In this document: one piece after another, positions 1 to 10,802 of the stretch
Numbering within the stretch: the stretch's first letter is position 1
Layout of the letters: the number at the start of each line of letters is the position of its first letter
NCBI GenBank assembly: GCA_905235845.1
Contig: CAJONG010000003.1
Location: 1-61,658, forward strand
Source: an uncultured Lachnospiraceae bacterium
GTDB lineage: Bacteria; Bacillota; Clostridia; Lachnospirales; Lachnospiraceae
DNA: 61,658 bases
Direction: 5' to 3'
Program-made: the position numbers and the translations under genes
The notes under the pieces: generated by a model
The model's input: only the letters and a program-made list of their open reading frames with translations
The model's database searches: none
Told to the model about the DNA's origin: nothing

Positions 1-1403
1 ATATATCCGTAGCTTCCTGACCATCCGGCCTGAATAACGGTACCACCGCAGGATGCCATAACCGTCGTTCCTATAGGTGTACCCCAGTCTACACCCTGAT
101 GGTTGGAGGTTGCACCCTTGGCATTGGGTCTTGTTCTGTATCCGAAGCCGCTTGTAAGCCTTCCTCCGGATATCGGCTTGATATATGTGGGCGGGATCTT
201 GGTTCCTTTTTCCACGATCTTGGCCACAGCTTCCATGACAAGTTCTTCCTTAAGTATGTCTCTCTCTAAGGCCTTGTCATTAGCATAAGAAGTCTCTGCC
301 ACGATATTACGTCTTCCCGTGGAAGGCTGACGGAGAGTCTGCTGATCGGTGGTATACCAGTTATCGTTATATTCATACTCTATCTCGGCATCATAGTATT
401 CTTCAATATACTCGCGTACGGTACGATTGACCGTAAGAGGAGGTTCCTCGGTAGTTACAATGAGCTCATCTCCGGGTCTTATAAGCGAGGATTCATTCTC
501 AAGCGTATCATTAAGCTCTATGATCTTATCCATGGGGATATTGGTCTTGATGGCTATACCGGATAAGGTGTCTCCGTCTACGACCTCATATATGGTATTG
601 ACTTCTTTAACCTCAACGATATCCTTTATCATCCGATCCACGGTGGTTAAGTTGGCTTTGGATATATAGCTTTCAACTACCTCTATATTGTCTCCGAACG
701 ACATTCCCATAATACCGTAATCAAAGTCATCGAAGTCCTTCTCCTCATTCTCCACATCACCGTCTGCCACGCTGTCTTCTATGAACTTCTCAAAACCTGC
801 GCTTCTCACAGGCTCTATCACATCCTCTTCCTTGATCTCTTCCCTGGCGACCACCGCTGCCGTCAGCACATTAAGCTCTCTTGCCTGATCCTTGATAAGC
901 GTAGCAACATACTCATCCTTGTCCTGATATCTGTCAAGAGCTGTCTGTAAGACCTTTAGCACGTCATCAAAGCTACCCATATTGGCCACGTAATCACCGA
1001 TCTTAATGGTATATGCATGCACGTACTCGCCACTCTCTTCATCGGCTGATGTCATATTCTTACGAAGGTTCTCAACCATACGCTCCTGAATATCCGCCCT
1101 GCTGTCGATCTCCGAGAATATAACGGAGGATGCCTCACAGCTTAGATTACTGCTAACATATACTATTCCGTCACTCTCTAACGCAAGCTCTCTTCTGGCA
1201 TCTCCAAGGATCTCCTGTATGCTGTCCGCATCGCCGAGATATCCCATTTCTTCTCCATTAAGGAAAATATGAAAAAGATTGGCTTCGTCTTTTTCATATC
1301 TGACCCATGACGGTATCATTATTATATTGATAAGTATCACCAATGCCGCTGTTTTAAGGAAGACATAGCGGTTATACTTGTAGTGTCTTGTAAGTTTTTT
1401 CAT
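1..1403 (-). CDS. LysM/G5/M23 cell-wall endopeptidase (3' end runs off the window)
   Basis: Absent from the ORF track; translated manually from ATG at 1403 (MKKLTRHYKYNRYVFLK...). LysM-like YEVVDGDTLSGIAIKTNIPMDKIIELN, G5-like segment ending IVEKGTK, and M23 start TSGFGYR...HQGVDWGTPIGTTVMASCGGTV (HxxxD). Confidence 0.85.
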   Translation of the reverse strand, partial: MKKLTRHYKYNRYVFLKTAALVILINIIMIPSWVRYEKDEANLFHIFLNGEEMGYLGDADSIQEILGDARRELALESDGIVYVSSNLSCEASSVIFSEIDSRADIQERMVENLRKNMTSADEESGEYVHAYTIKIGDYVANMGSFDDVLKVLQTALDRYQDKDEYVATLIKDQARELNVLTAAVVAREEIKEEDVIEPVRSAGFEKFIEDSVADGDVENEEKDFDDFDYGIMGMSFGDNIEVVESYISKANLTTVDRMIKDIVEVKEVNTIYEVVDGDTLSGIAIKTNIPMDKIIELNDTLENESSLIRPGDELIVTTEEPPLTVNRTVREYIEEYYDAEIEYEYNDNWYTTDQQTLRQPSTGRRNIVAETSYANDKALERDILKEELVMEAVAKIVEKGTKIPPTYIKPISGGRLTSGFGYRTRPNAKGATSNHQGVDWGTPIGTTVMASCGGTVIQAGWSGSYGY

Positions 1404-1404
1404 A

Positions 1405-1944
1405 CTATAAGAGTCCAAACATCGGTAATACCTTAAGCGCAATGTCTGCCAGCACGGCAATGAATATGAGCACGCTCATAACCTTCAAAAATCCCGTTCC
1501 CGACTTCTTGAAGCCTCCCTGCTGAGCTTCGAGGATCGACTTTGTCTGTTCACTAAGCCCTTCTCCCACTGCCGCCTGTACATTGCGATATACCTTTATA
1601 TTCTCCTTATGGATCGTGTCACTCTGCTTATCAAAAAGCTCCTTTATCATCTCTCTGTCAGCTTCGGCCGCTGCCTCTGCCGCATTCTTCTCCTCTTCAC
1701 TTAAAGCTGCAGGTGCAGCGAGGCCTGTCTGTATGGTCTCCGATGCAGCTTCAACCATATCACGGAGCTTCTCTGCCGACTCCATATTCTTAAGATTCAC
1801 AAGCTTCATCTCCTGAAGCAGCTTCTCATAATTCTCCACTTTTTCCCTCAATTCTCTTATCTCCTTTGACTCTCCGGGCAAAACACCTTTGTTCTGTTCG
1901 TTCCCTGCGAATTTTTGTGCAAGTTTGTCAATAAACAGGTCCAT
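1405..1944 (-). CDS. hypothetical coiled-coil protein with C-terminal membrane anchor
   Basis: 179-aa ORF, charged helical body, hydrophobic C-terminus; directly upstream of the M23 gene. Confidence 0.7.
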   Translation of the reverse strand: MDLFIDKLAQKFAGNEQNKGVLPGESKEIRELREKVENYEKLLQEMKLVNLKNMESAEKLRDMVEAASETIQTGLAAPAALSEEEKNAAEAAAEADREMIKELFDKQSDTIHKENIKVYRNVQAAVGEGLSEQTKSILEAQQGGFKKSGTGFLKVMSVLIFIAVLADIALKVLPMFGLL

Positions 1945-2062
1945 ATCGTTGCTCCTTTTGTCTACATTAACTATATGTTTACCCCTCGTTCATATTTTGT
2001 TCATATATTACTGATAAAATAAACACATAAGGAACGAGTGATTAGACAATTTTTTCATAATA

Positions 2063-2088
2063 GCCCGGGTGCCGCAAGGTATCCGGGC
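2063..2088. repeat. GC-rich hairpin (terminator or REP-like)
   Basis: gcccgggtgcc-GCAA-ggtatccgggc, downstream of the alarmone synthetase gene. Confidence 0.5.
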
Positions 2089-2134
2089 ACTCCTCATCTT
2101 TAGGCTTCTTTCATCGGCAGAAACGTTTCTGCCA

Positions 2135-2791
2135 TCATCCCTCATCAATGAGCGACTGTACCTCTTCATTGAGAGTCTGCATCTTGGTATCAAGGTCGGA
2201 CACCATGTGCGCACAGTCAACTAACTCCTCCTGAATATGAGAGGGAGCGTTACCCTCGAACTTATAGTGTATCTTATGCTCAAGACTTGCCCAGAAGTCC
2301 ATGGCTACAGTACGTATCTGTATCTCCACCTTGGCTTCTATCCTTTTATCCGAAAGGAATATGGGCACTGTTACCAACATATGATAGCTCTTATATCCGC
2401 TGGCCTTGGGATTCTTGATGTAATCCTTGATCTCGAGAACCTTGATATCATTCTGATTGGCAAGCATCTCTGCTATATGATAGATATCCGAAGTGAACGA
2501 GCATATTATCCTTATGCCCGCTATGTCATCCACATATTCCACCATGTTCTCTATCGTGGATTCATATCCTTTTTTCTTAAGCTTCTTGACTATACTCTCG
2601 CTTGTCTTGATACGCGACTTGATATGCTCGATAGGATTATATCTGTGCACATGCTGGAATTCATCATTAAGTATCTCAAGCTTGGTATTGATCTCTTTAA
2701 GTGCCGACCGGTAGATGAGCAACACCTCATTCCAACTGTCTACCTGGTCATATGTACCTGTCCTGCTATCCATTCTGTAATTCTCCAACAC
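2135..2791 (-). CDS. small alarmone synthetase (RelA/SpoT domain GTP pyrophosphokinase, RelP/RelQ-like)
   Basis: NPIEHIKSRIK, DDIAGIRIIC, KDYIKNPKASGYKSYH, EIQIRTVAMDFWASLEH motifs. Confidence 0.93.
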   Translation of the reverse strand: MLENYRMDSRTGTYDQVDSWNEVLLIYRSALKEINTKLEILNDEFQHVHRYNPIEHIKSRIKTSESIVKKLKKKGYESTIENMVEYVDDIAGIRIICSFTSDIYHIAEMLANQNDIKVLEIKDYIKNPKASGYKSYHMLVTVPIFLSDKRIEAKVEIQIRTVAMDFWASLEHKIHYKFEGNAPSHIQEELVDCAHMVSDLDTKMQTLNEEVQSLIDEG

Positions 2792-2819
2792 AACCTCTTA
2801 TCGGATCAAACCATGTGAT

Positions 2820-3836
2820 CTAATCATCATATCCGTTCGGGTTATTCTTCTGCCAGCGCCACGAATCCTCACACATCTGTAATATACCGTACTTGGCTTC
2901 CCAGCCAAGCTCGGCCTTGGCCTTGGATGCATCGGCGTAGCATGTGGCTATATCTCCGGCGCGTCTGGGCTTGATGGAATAAGGGATCTTAACTCCGCTT
3001 GCTTCCTCAAAATTCTTAACTACCTCAAGTACGCTGTAGCCTCTGCCGGTTCCCAGATTATATATACATAATCCGGCATTCTCTTCGATCTTCTTAAGAG
3101 CCTTGACATGACCTATGGCAAGATCCACCACATGTATATAATCTCTTACACCGGTGCCGTCCGGTGTGTCATAGTCATCTCCGAATACGCCAAGCTCCGC
3201 TCTCTTGCCTACGGCCACCTGTGTGATATAGGGCATAAGGTTATTGGGTATACCGTTGGGATTCTCTCCCATCGTTCCGCTCTTATGGGCTCCTATGGGA
3301 TTAAAGTACCTTAGAAGCACTACATTCCACTGCGGATCAGCCTTCTGCATGTCGGACATTATCTGTTCGAGCATGGATTTGGTCCATCCGTACGGATTGG
3401 TACATACTCCCTTGGGGCATTCCTCCGTGATGGGCACGAAAGCCGGATCCCCATATACCGTTGCACTTGATGAGAAAATGATGTTCTTACATCCGTGCTT
3501 CCTCATCACATCAAGCAGTGTCAATGTACCTGCTATATTATTATCATAGTACTCAAGCGGTTTTTCAACAGACTCACCCACAGCCTTAAGTCCGGCAAAA
3601 TGGATACAACTGTCTATCTTCTCCCTATCGAAGATATCCTCAAGTGCCTTACGGTCTCTTATATCCGCTTCATAGAAAGGAACGCTCTTACCGGTTATCG
3701 CTTCGATCCTTCCAAGCACCTTGCGGCTTGCATTACACAGATTGTCCAAAACCACCACATCATATCCGGCATTCTGAAGTTCTACCACGGTATGGCTTCC
3801 GATGAAGCCCACACCTCCTGTTACAAGTATTGCCAT
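2820..3836 (-). CDS. galE: UDP-glucose 4-epimerase
   Basis: [47 protein letters not shown]. Confidence 0.96.
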   Translation of the reverse strand: MAILVTGGVGFIGSHTVVELQNAGYDVVVLDNLCNASRKVLGRIEAITGKSVPFYEADIRDRKALEDIFDREKIDSCIHFAGLKAVGESVEKPLEYYDNNIAGTLTLLDVMRKHGCKNIIFSSSATVYGDPAFVPITEECPKGVCTNPYGWTKSMLEQIMSDMQKADPQWNVVLLRYFNPIGAHKSGTMGENPNGIPNNLMPYITQVAVGKRAELGVFGDDYDTPDGTGVRDYIHVVDLAIGHVKALKKIEENAGLCIYNLGTGRGYSVLEVVKNFEEASGVKIPYSIKPRRAGDIATCYADASKAKAELGWEAKYGILQMCEDSWRWQKNNPNGYDD

Positions 3837-3863
3837 CTATAGTATCTCCTTAATATCTCCTTA

Positions 3864-4781
3864 TTACGGCCAAAGCTTCTCCGGATACTGACCCGCATCC
3901 TTAAGTTCCTTGATATTGGCTACGACATAGGGTTTATCCTCCTGATATGTCACACCGAACCACTTATCGGGGGATGTAAGCACCTTAACCGTTGCCTGTC
4001 CGCTCTTGATTATCTTATCTATATCCGTAGGAAGAAGCGCCTCAGCCTTAAGAGGATTACCTGCCACATCTTCATCAAGGAATCTCACAAAAGCCTTATC
4101 AAGCTTATCGAAAAGTCCCTTCTTAAATCCCCACATATTCATGGATACCGGAGTCTTGGGATCGATATCCTTAAAGGTCTTGCCGTCATCCTCAGAGTAT
4201 GCCGCTCCGTCCCCTTTCATCACTATAGTCTTCTGTTCTACTATATCCTGCAAAAAGCCCTTATCGTCCGTCTTGCATACGCCTCTTGTGACGCTGCCCT
4301 TCTCGGTAAGCGTCTTGCCAAGCTCGTATGCTACCATTGCATATGCGCTCTCATCATCTGCGGTACCTGTCAGGAAGTCATACATCATCTTATAGCCTTC
4401 CTTACCGTAGTAATCATCCGCATTAATGACCATGAAGGGTCCGTCTATCACATCCTTACAGCAGCTTATTGCATGCGTCGTACCCCAGGGCTTGGTCCTG
4501 CCATCGGGGATACTGTAGCCTGCCGGTATCTTATCAAGCTCCTGGAAGACATATTCAACCTCCATGTGTCTTGAGATAGGCTTACCCACTAACTCCTTAA
4601 AATCCTCTTCGATGGCATGCTTGATTATGAATACCACCTTTTCAAAGCCGGCCTCTTTTGCGGCATATATAGAAAAGTCAATGATCCTGTGTCCCTGTTC
4701 ATCCATGGAATCCATCTGCTTAAGACCGCCGTATCTGCTTCCCATTCCTGCTGCCATTATTACCAATACCGGTTTGCTCAT
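3864..4781 (-). CDS. sugar-phosphate nucleotidyltransferase family protein
   Basis: VIMAAGMGSRYGGLKQ, KPWGT, VINADDYYG, WFGVTY. Confidence 0.88.
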   Translation of the reverse strand: MSKPVLVIMAAGMGSRYGGLKQMDSMDEQGHRIIDFSIYAAKEAGFEKVVFIIKHAIEEDFKELVGKPISRHMEVEYVFQELDKIPAGYSIPDGRTKPWGTTHAISCCKDVIDGPFMVINADDYYGKEGYKMMYDFLTGTADDESAYAMVAYELGKTLTEKGSVTRGVCKTDDKGFLQDIVEQKTIVMKGDGAAYSEDDGKTFKDIDPKTPVSMNMWGFKKGLFDKLDKAFVRFLDEDVAGNPLKAEALLPTDIDKIIKSGQATVKVLTSPDKWFGVTYQEDKPYVVANIKELKDAGQYPEKLWP

Positions 4782-4867
4782 ATCTGCTATTTCCTCCTGA
4801 ATACATCTGTAATAGTCAAGTGTGCGTAACTTGCATAGAAGATTATACTATTTTTATTGCCTGTTGT

Positions 4868-7288
4868 CTAATTAAGCTTGTCTATGGTGTAAAGTCTCGA
4901 TGAATTATCTCCCATGACTCTTGTCCCTTCTCCGAGTCCGGTGCCTATGAACCTGCCGTTTAGTTTGATACCGGCATACATAAGCAGCGCACCGCTTACT
5001 ACATATTCCTCCTTCTCTCCGTCAAGCGCATATGCCTTGCCTATAAGAGCCTGTGTCACACCATCCTCCGCTATATATACCGGAGAGACCTGATTGATGA
5101 GATTGCCGAATGTCCTGACCGGAATCTTTACCTGTCTTACACACACCCTGTACATGACATCTTCCTTAAGTCCGGTCGCGTACAGAACATCATCGGAGAT
5201 ATTAGGCTCCGAGCGCTCTTTATAGAAGAGTGATATCGCATGCTCACCCTTATCGTCACTTATCTGCCATATGGTAGTGCCATTTCTGTCATATACCCTG
5301 TCAAAGCATCCGGTCTGAAGGAGTTCTCGATGATCCTTGTAGAATCTTACCTGGCTCCTTATCATCCTCTTTTCCATGGATGAAAGTCTGGTCAGATCGA
5401 GCTCATATCCAAGCATTCCCATTGAAGCCACATCGAATCTGGTCTCTATCGAAGTCTTTCTAAGCGTCTGATGATTGGGAGATGCACTTACATGCGCCCC
5501 CATGGCAGAAGGCGGATATCCGTAGGATGTCCCTCCCTGTATCTTAATCCTCTCTGCCGCATCCGTATCGTCCGAAGTCCATATCTGCGGCATGAAGCTA
5601 AGTATTCCGAGGTCGAACCTGTTGCCTCCGGCAGAGCAGCCCTCGAATAACACTTTGGGAAAAGCCGATGTAATCCTGCCCATCACATCATACAGACCAA
5701 GCACATAATCATGGAAGAATGTCCCCGGAAGTGTGTCTCCTGTAGAATAAGCATCCGTAATCGGTCTGTTCATATCCCACTTGACGTATGAGATATCCGC
5801 ACTTTGCAAAAGATCTGTCAGGCTCTTTACGATATAGTCTCTCACATCTTTCCTCGTATAGTCGAGGATGAACTGATTGCGCCCCATATACGGCTTAAGA
5901 CCCGGTGCCTTCACCGCCCAGTCCGGATGTGCTTCATAGAGTCTGCTCTTCTCGCTTATCATCTCCGGCTCCACCCATATACCGAACTTAAGTCCCTTGG
6001 CTTTGATCTCATCCACAAGGCTTTTAAGGCTTCCGCCAAGCTTTTTCTCATTGATGGTCCAGTCTCCTAAGGATGTTGTGTCATCATTCCTCTCTCCGAA
6101 CCATCCGTCGTCAAGGACAAAAAGCTCTATCCCGAGCTTAGCCGCCTCATCTGCAAGCTTAAGCAGCTTCTTCCTGTTAAAGTCAAAATATGTAGCCTCC
6201 CAGTTATTGATAAGTATCGGCCTCTTACTGTCCTTAAAGACTGAGGGGATTATGTGCTCCCTTATGAATCCGTGCATATTATGGGAGGCTCCGTTAAAGC
6301 CAAGATGACTGTAGGTCATAACGGCCTCCGGCGAATAGAATACATCACCTGATGCAAGCTTATGTGCGAAGCCGTATGGACCTATGCCTGTAAGTATCCT
6401 TAGCTTGCCGTACTCTGATACCTCCGCTCTCTCCCTGTGATTGCCTGAATAGATCAGATTGAATGCATAGCATCCGCCGTTACTCTCTGTTGTATCTGGC
6501 ATAGATACCATTATGAACGGATTATGGCCATTGCTGCTGGTACCGTTAAAGGAACCGGTCTCATATATCCCGGATACAAGCTCCTTGTCGCTTACATGCC
6601 TCTCCCTTGTCCATAATCCGTCGAAGGTCTTAAGTCTGTAGTCCCTTCCCTGCATGTCAAGCATGAGGCTTGATATATCTCTTATGGTATATGTGACAGA
6701 TGTGTCATTAGCCACGACCGTCCTTCTGGTGATTACATTATGGTCTTCAAAGACCGTATATATAAGCTTAACCTTAAGATCCGCCCCTTCACTGTCGGTG
6801 TGATTCTTAAGCGTTATCTCAAGAGTGTGTATGGTATCCTCACCTTCACTTTTCCTTACATACTTCTCCCTTACCGATTCCTTGCCAGCATAGGGCATCC
6901 CCGTCCTGTCACTGTCCTTATATATACCCTCATATACCACAGAATCCTCATAATAGAATCTTGTGGATATGCCGCCCTTCTCATCCTCTATTATAAGGGG
7001 CAGGCTCCTGTAATCTCCCGTGCCCGCATTGGAGAATTCCAAAGCCATACAATCAAGAGTGACACCGGCAAGCTCTGCCTTATCATCCTTGTCCGTACCC
7101 TCCGTATCAACGGTGATGGCATTACCATAGGGATTATTGTATTTTTCGATAAGTGCCGCAGCATCCTTATCAGGAATTACCCTACGTCCGTAGTGAAGAT
7201 GCTCCATATATCTTGTGCCCCGCACGCGCATTATATACGAAGTGTCTTTTGTCGTAAGTGTAAAAATCCCGTTTCCAACTGTGATCAT
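4868..7288 (-). CDS. alpha-galactosidase (GH36)
   Basis: NNWEATYFDF, LFVLDDGWFG, FGIWVEPEM, YVKWDMNR, EGCSAGGNRFD, WTSDDTD; start moved to ATG 7288 behind GGAGAG. Confidence 0.95.
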   Translation of the reverse strand: MITVGNGIFTLTTKDTSYIMRVRGTRYMEHLHYGRRVIPDKDAAALIEKYNNPYGNAITVDTEGTDKDDKAELAGVTLDCMALEFSNAGTGDYRSLPLIIEDEKGGISTRFYYEDSVVYEGIYKDSDRTGMPYAGKESVREKYVRKSEGEDTIHTLEITLKNHTDSEGADLKVKLIYTVFEDHNVITRRTVVANDTSVTYTIRDISSLMLDMQGRDYRLKTFDGLWTRERHVSDKELVSGIYETGSFNGTSSNGHNPFIMVSMPDTTESNGGCYAFNLIYSGNHRERAEVSEYGKLRILTGIGPYGFAHKLASGDVFYSPEAVMTYSHLGFNGASHNMHGFIREHIIPSVFKDSKRPILINNWEATYFDFNRKKLLKLADEAAKLGIELFVLDDGWFGERNDDTTSLGDWTINEKKLGGSLKSLVDEIKAKGLKFGIWVEPEMISEKSRLYEAHPDWAVKAPGLKPYMGRNQFILDYTRKDVRDYIVKSLTDLLQSADISYVKWDMNRPITDAYSTGDTLPGTFFHDYVLGLYDVMGRITSAFPKVLFEGCSAGGNRFDLGILSFMPQIWTSDDTDAAERIKIQGGTSYGYPPSAMGAHVSASPNHQTLRKTSIETRFDVASMGMLGYELDLTRLSSMEKRMIRSQVRFYKDHRELLQTGCFDRVYDRNGTTIWQISDDKGEHAISLFYKERSEPNISDDVLYATGLKEDVMYRVCVRQVKIPVRTFGNLINQVSPVYIAEDGVTQALIGKAYALDGEKEEYVVSGALLMYAGIKLNGRFIGTGLGEGTRVMGDNSSRLYTIDKLN

Positions 7289-7387
7289 CCGCCATCTCTC
7301 CAATCCGGTCAAATTATAGTTATGGATATTGTATCATATTTATGCTATATTTATCCCATTAAATGAATTAACTCTAAGATATATTTT

Positions 7388-8764
7388 ATGGAAAAAATCG
7401 GATTAATCGAAGCTATAGATCTTAATAACGAATACCGGAAGATGCTTCCCAAGGACAGGGTACAGCTTCGTAAGAAGAGGCTTTACGATCTTGTGACCTA
7501 TGCGCGAGAGAACAGCCCCTTATATAAGGAGCTGTATGAGGACATACCTGTTAATTTCACCATAAGGGATATCCCAACCATAAGCAAGGATACAATTCTT
7601 ACAAGATTCGACGAATGGCCAACCGATCCCGGGATAACCATGGAATCTATACAGGCCTACCTTGAAGCCGGACAAAATGGGGATAATGATCACTTAAAGA
7701 AACGCTATCTTGGCAGATACCATGTGATAAGCAGCAGCGGAACCGACAGTGAACCTCTGCTTAATCTGTATGATGATAATTGCTGCCGTATCATGAGTGT
7801 CGAACACCTCCTAAGAGGCTTTTCCAGACGTGAGCATATGTGGGGCTTTTTAAGACACGGCGCCAGACTCTCCGGTATATACTCTACCAATGGTGCGTAC
7901 TTTTTCAATGTATTTGCATCCTTTCGAAGAAAATACCTTCCTCTACGGAAGAAAGGCTCTGTGGTGCTTTCGGCACAGAGTCCTACATCAAGGCTTATCG
8001 AAGCTCTTAATAAGCAGCGTCCTGCTGTCATTGCGGGCTTTCCTTCGGCGCTTTTACGTATGGCAGATGAGAGGATAGCCGGAAGGCTTACCGTTAATCC
8101 CGTATGTATCATTGCGGAAGGTGAATATCTTGAAGAGGATGTGAGGAAGAAGATATCCGATGCATTCAAGTGTGATGTCACCAGCTCCTATTCCACGGCA
8201 GAGACCGGGGTTATCGCCTATGAGTGCAGAGAGCATCACCTGCATCTTAATGATGACAGAGTGATACTCGAACCCATAGATGCCTTCGGTCGCCCGGTTC
8301 CTGCGGGAGTTGAATCGGATAGAGTATTGGTCACCAATCTGTTAAGCTTCCCTTCACCCATAATCAGATATGAGCTCGGTGACAAAGTCATCCTGCACGA
8401 AGAGGGCTGTCTGTGCGGCAATCCGTCTCCATGGATAGAGATAGCCGGAAGGAGCCTCGATCAGATACGGTTCGTGGACGGTGTTAGGGAGATAGTCGTA
8501 CCGGTAGCCGATATCGATTCGGTCTTAAAGGACGAGCCCAGCATCAGAAGATATCAGATAATCATCTATGCCGGTAATCGTATATCCTTAAGGCTTACAG
8601 GAGCTAAGGGAACCGATAAGACCATGGCTTTTTTCAAGGCAGAGAAATTACTGCGCGCGTATATGAAAAGCATAGGTATCATGTCGCCCATGATCACATT
8701 GGATAAGGCCGATCCGGGACCGGATCCTTTATCGGGCAAATACAAGCGGATAATCGTAGAATAG
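7388..8764 (+). CDS. phenylacetate-CoA ligase family / CapK-like adenylate-forming protein
   Basis: ARENSPLYKELY, SSGT, YSTAETG, VTNL..PIIRYELGD, C-x-CG...GR. Confidence 0.8.
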   Translation: MEKIGLIEAIDLNNEYRKMLPKDRVQLRKKRLYDLVTYARENSPLYKELYEDIPVNFTIRDIPTISKDTILTRFDEWPTDPGITMESIQAYLEAGQNGDNDHLKKRYLGRYHVISSSGTDSEPLLNLYDDNCCRIMSVEHLLRGFSRREHMWGFLRHGARLSGIYSTNGAYFFNVFASFRRKYLPLRKKGSVVLSAQSPTSRLIEALNKQRPAVIAGFPSALLRMADERIAGRLTVNPVCIIAEGEYLEEDVRKKISDAFKCDVTSSYSTAETGVIAYECREHHLHLNDDRVILEPIDAFGRPVPAGVESDRVLVTNLLSFPSPIIRYELGDKVILHEEGCLCGNPSPWIEIAGRSLDQIRFVDGVREIVVPVADIDSVLKDEPSIRRYQIIIYAGNRISLRLTGAKGTDKTMAFFKAEKLLRAYMKSIGIMSPMITLDKADPGPDPLSGKYKRIIVE

Positions 8765-8767
8765 ATA

Positions 8768-8805
8768 ATATAAGCCATGTATAGCAACGTATACATGGCT
8801 TATAT
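8768..8805. terminator. bidirectional terminator-like hairpin
   Basis: 16-bp perfect stem atataagccatgtata/tatacatggcttatat between convergent genes. Confidence 0.75.
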
Positions 8806-8825
8806 ATCATGATCCTTAATGAAAG

Positions 8826-10772
8826 TCATCTGAAATTGGGGTTTAGCTTATCATACGGTATGGTGAACTCCTGGAAGCCTGCCGCGAATGAAGCAAGCGC
8901 ATACGGAGCATAGAAAAGAACCACTCCGTCATCCGTCAGATAGAAATCTCCGACCTCAAGATCGGTATATTCCCTTACCGTATCCTCGTAATCATCCCAG
9001 TAGTACTCGCCAATCTCCTCCATATGTTTTGTGGCAGCCTCTACTGCGATCTCATCAAGCTCTTCCTCTGTTATATCGAAAAGATCCGCCATGGTCTTCT
9101 GATCACCGGTCTCAAGATCAAATACCAGTGAATGCCAGTACGGCATGCCGTGAGCGCCTCCGTAATAGTCATATCCTTCCTGCATTATATTGATAAGCTT
9201 ACCGTCATTATACGATACATAGGCGAAATTACTGTCACATGAATACGGGATAAAGTATTCTCCGCCGCTCTCCTTATACCATTCAATGCACTCCTCCCTG
9301 TTATCTTCCACAAAAGAAAGAGCCGTATTCATGAATCCGTCCATCACTTCATTGATCGCATCGGCGCCGGCAAATCTCTTATCAAGATGAAGTACATTGG
9401 CTGTTGCCGTCGCCATGACCTTGCCATCGTATGATGTCTTGCTGCTCTTACCCACCAATGTGCCTATCTCACCTATGCCCGTATCGTAGAACTTATCAAG
9501 GAGCACCGTCGTATCTCCCGAAGCCGTATCTATCCTTGCATATGATAAAGCATAGTCCGTATTGAGCCCGCAATAAAGCTTACCGTCTGAATATGAAGCA
9601 TTGACTGAACTGAGCGCATATCCGGGAATGGCCCTGTCATTACTGTCGACTGTATATAGCAGCGACTTCTCTCCGTTACTCAGATCAAGCTTGTAATACT
9701 CAGAATCATCAGTAGTGAGTTCCATCATATCTCCGTATATATATGCATACTTATCATCCATTGCAAAAACCGAGATAAACTCTTCGCTGACAAGAAGCTT
9801 ATTATACTCTTCGGTAACGGCATCCAGCACGCTGTATTCGCAGTTCCCTGTTGTATTATTGTAATGATACAGAAGCATCTTACTTCCGGACATGGCCATT
9901 ACCGACTGTCCCGCATACTCCGATGTGTCTCCGTTATCGGTATTGGTTATGATAAGATTCGAATAGTCTATGCATGTGATGAGCCTGTGCAATTCCTTCT
10001 CCGTAACAGCCGGGAATACCAGGCTGCATCCGTTATTGTTCTGTGACGGAACACTGTAATCACTGTCATAGTACTCGTATACATCAAGAGAAGTATAATC
10101 CACGCTCTTGCTCACTTCTCCGTTATCGTTAAGCACAAGGCAAAAGGGCGGTTCCTCTGTCTGATAATAGACATACAATATACCGTCCACGTAAGCCATA
10201 TCCTTCGAATATGTTCCGTACAGTCCCTCTTTCGTGAATATCTCTCTTAAATCGCTTCCGTCCAAAGCCATACTGTATAGCCTGAGAGTCTCGGTCCACA
10301 TATCATCTTCATTGACACTCTGGGAATCTAAGATGTATATCCTGTCCTTTAATATTAACCCCTTTCCTCCGGAGAATTCGTTCATACCGATATCTCCGTC
10401 ACTGTACGGGCTGATATCCTTCTTCCACAGTACATCGGTCTTACCCGAAGCTTCATTATATGAGATGACCTCATATGTACCGAATACATATGTCTTGCCT
10501 GCCACTTCCCATACTATGGAAGATACAGCCGATTCGGGCATCGTAAGCTCTGCTTCGGTCGCAGCCCCCGAGCCGCCGTCACTGTCAGAGGATATGTCAG
10601 TCTCACCGCCTGCGACATTATCAGTTATCCCTTCGTTCTGTTCTTCTGTCGGCACATTCTGTGAGGCCTTGCCGCAGCCTGCCGGAAGTGACATCACCAT
10701 CACTACGGCAAGCAATGCACTTACTGCCCTCATTCCCATATCTGATCCCGCTTTTCTTTTACACATTTTCAT
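8826..10772 (-). CDS. lipoprotein with beta-propeller-like body and C-terminal RsiV/DUF3298-like domain
   Basis: Signal peptide with lipobox LPAGC; acidic beta-rich body; GGAHGM and FYLTDDGVVLFYAPYALASFAAG...FTIPY motifs. Confidence 0.75.
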   Translation of the reverse strand: MKMCKRKAGSDMGMRAVSALLAVVMVMSLPAGCGKASQNVPTEEQNEGITDNVAGGETDISSDSDGGSGAATEAELTMPESAVSSIVWEVAGKTYVFGTYEVISYNEASGKTDVLWKKDISPYSDGDIGMNEFSGGKGLILKDRIYILDSQSVNEDDMWTETLRLYSMALDGSDLREIFTKEGLYGTYSKDMAYVDGILYVYYQTEEPPFCLVLNDNGEVSKSVDYTSLDVYEYYDSDYSVPSQNNNGCSLVFPAVTEKELHRLITCIDYSNLIITNTDNGDTSEYAGQSVMAMSGSKMLLYHYNNTTGNCEYSVLDAVTEEYNKLLVSEEFISVFAMDDKYAYIYGDMMELTTDDSEYYKLDLSNGEKSLLYTVDSNDRAIPGYALSSVNASYSDGKLYCGLNTDYALSYARIDTASGDTTVLLDKFYDTGIGEIGTLVGKSSKTSYDGKVMATATANVLHLDKRFAGADAINEVMDGFMNTALSFVEDNREECIEWYKESGGEYFIPYSCDSNFAYVSYNDGKLINIMQEGYDYYGGAHGMPYWHSLVFDLETGDQKTMADLFDITEEELDEIAVEAATKHMEEIGEYYWDDYEDTVREYTDLEVGDFYLTDDGVVLFYAPYALASFAAGFQEFTIPYDKLNPNFR

Positions 10773-10802
10773 ATACTCCTCTCTTTCGCATCTTATCTAT
10801 TG

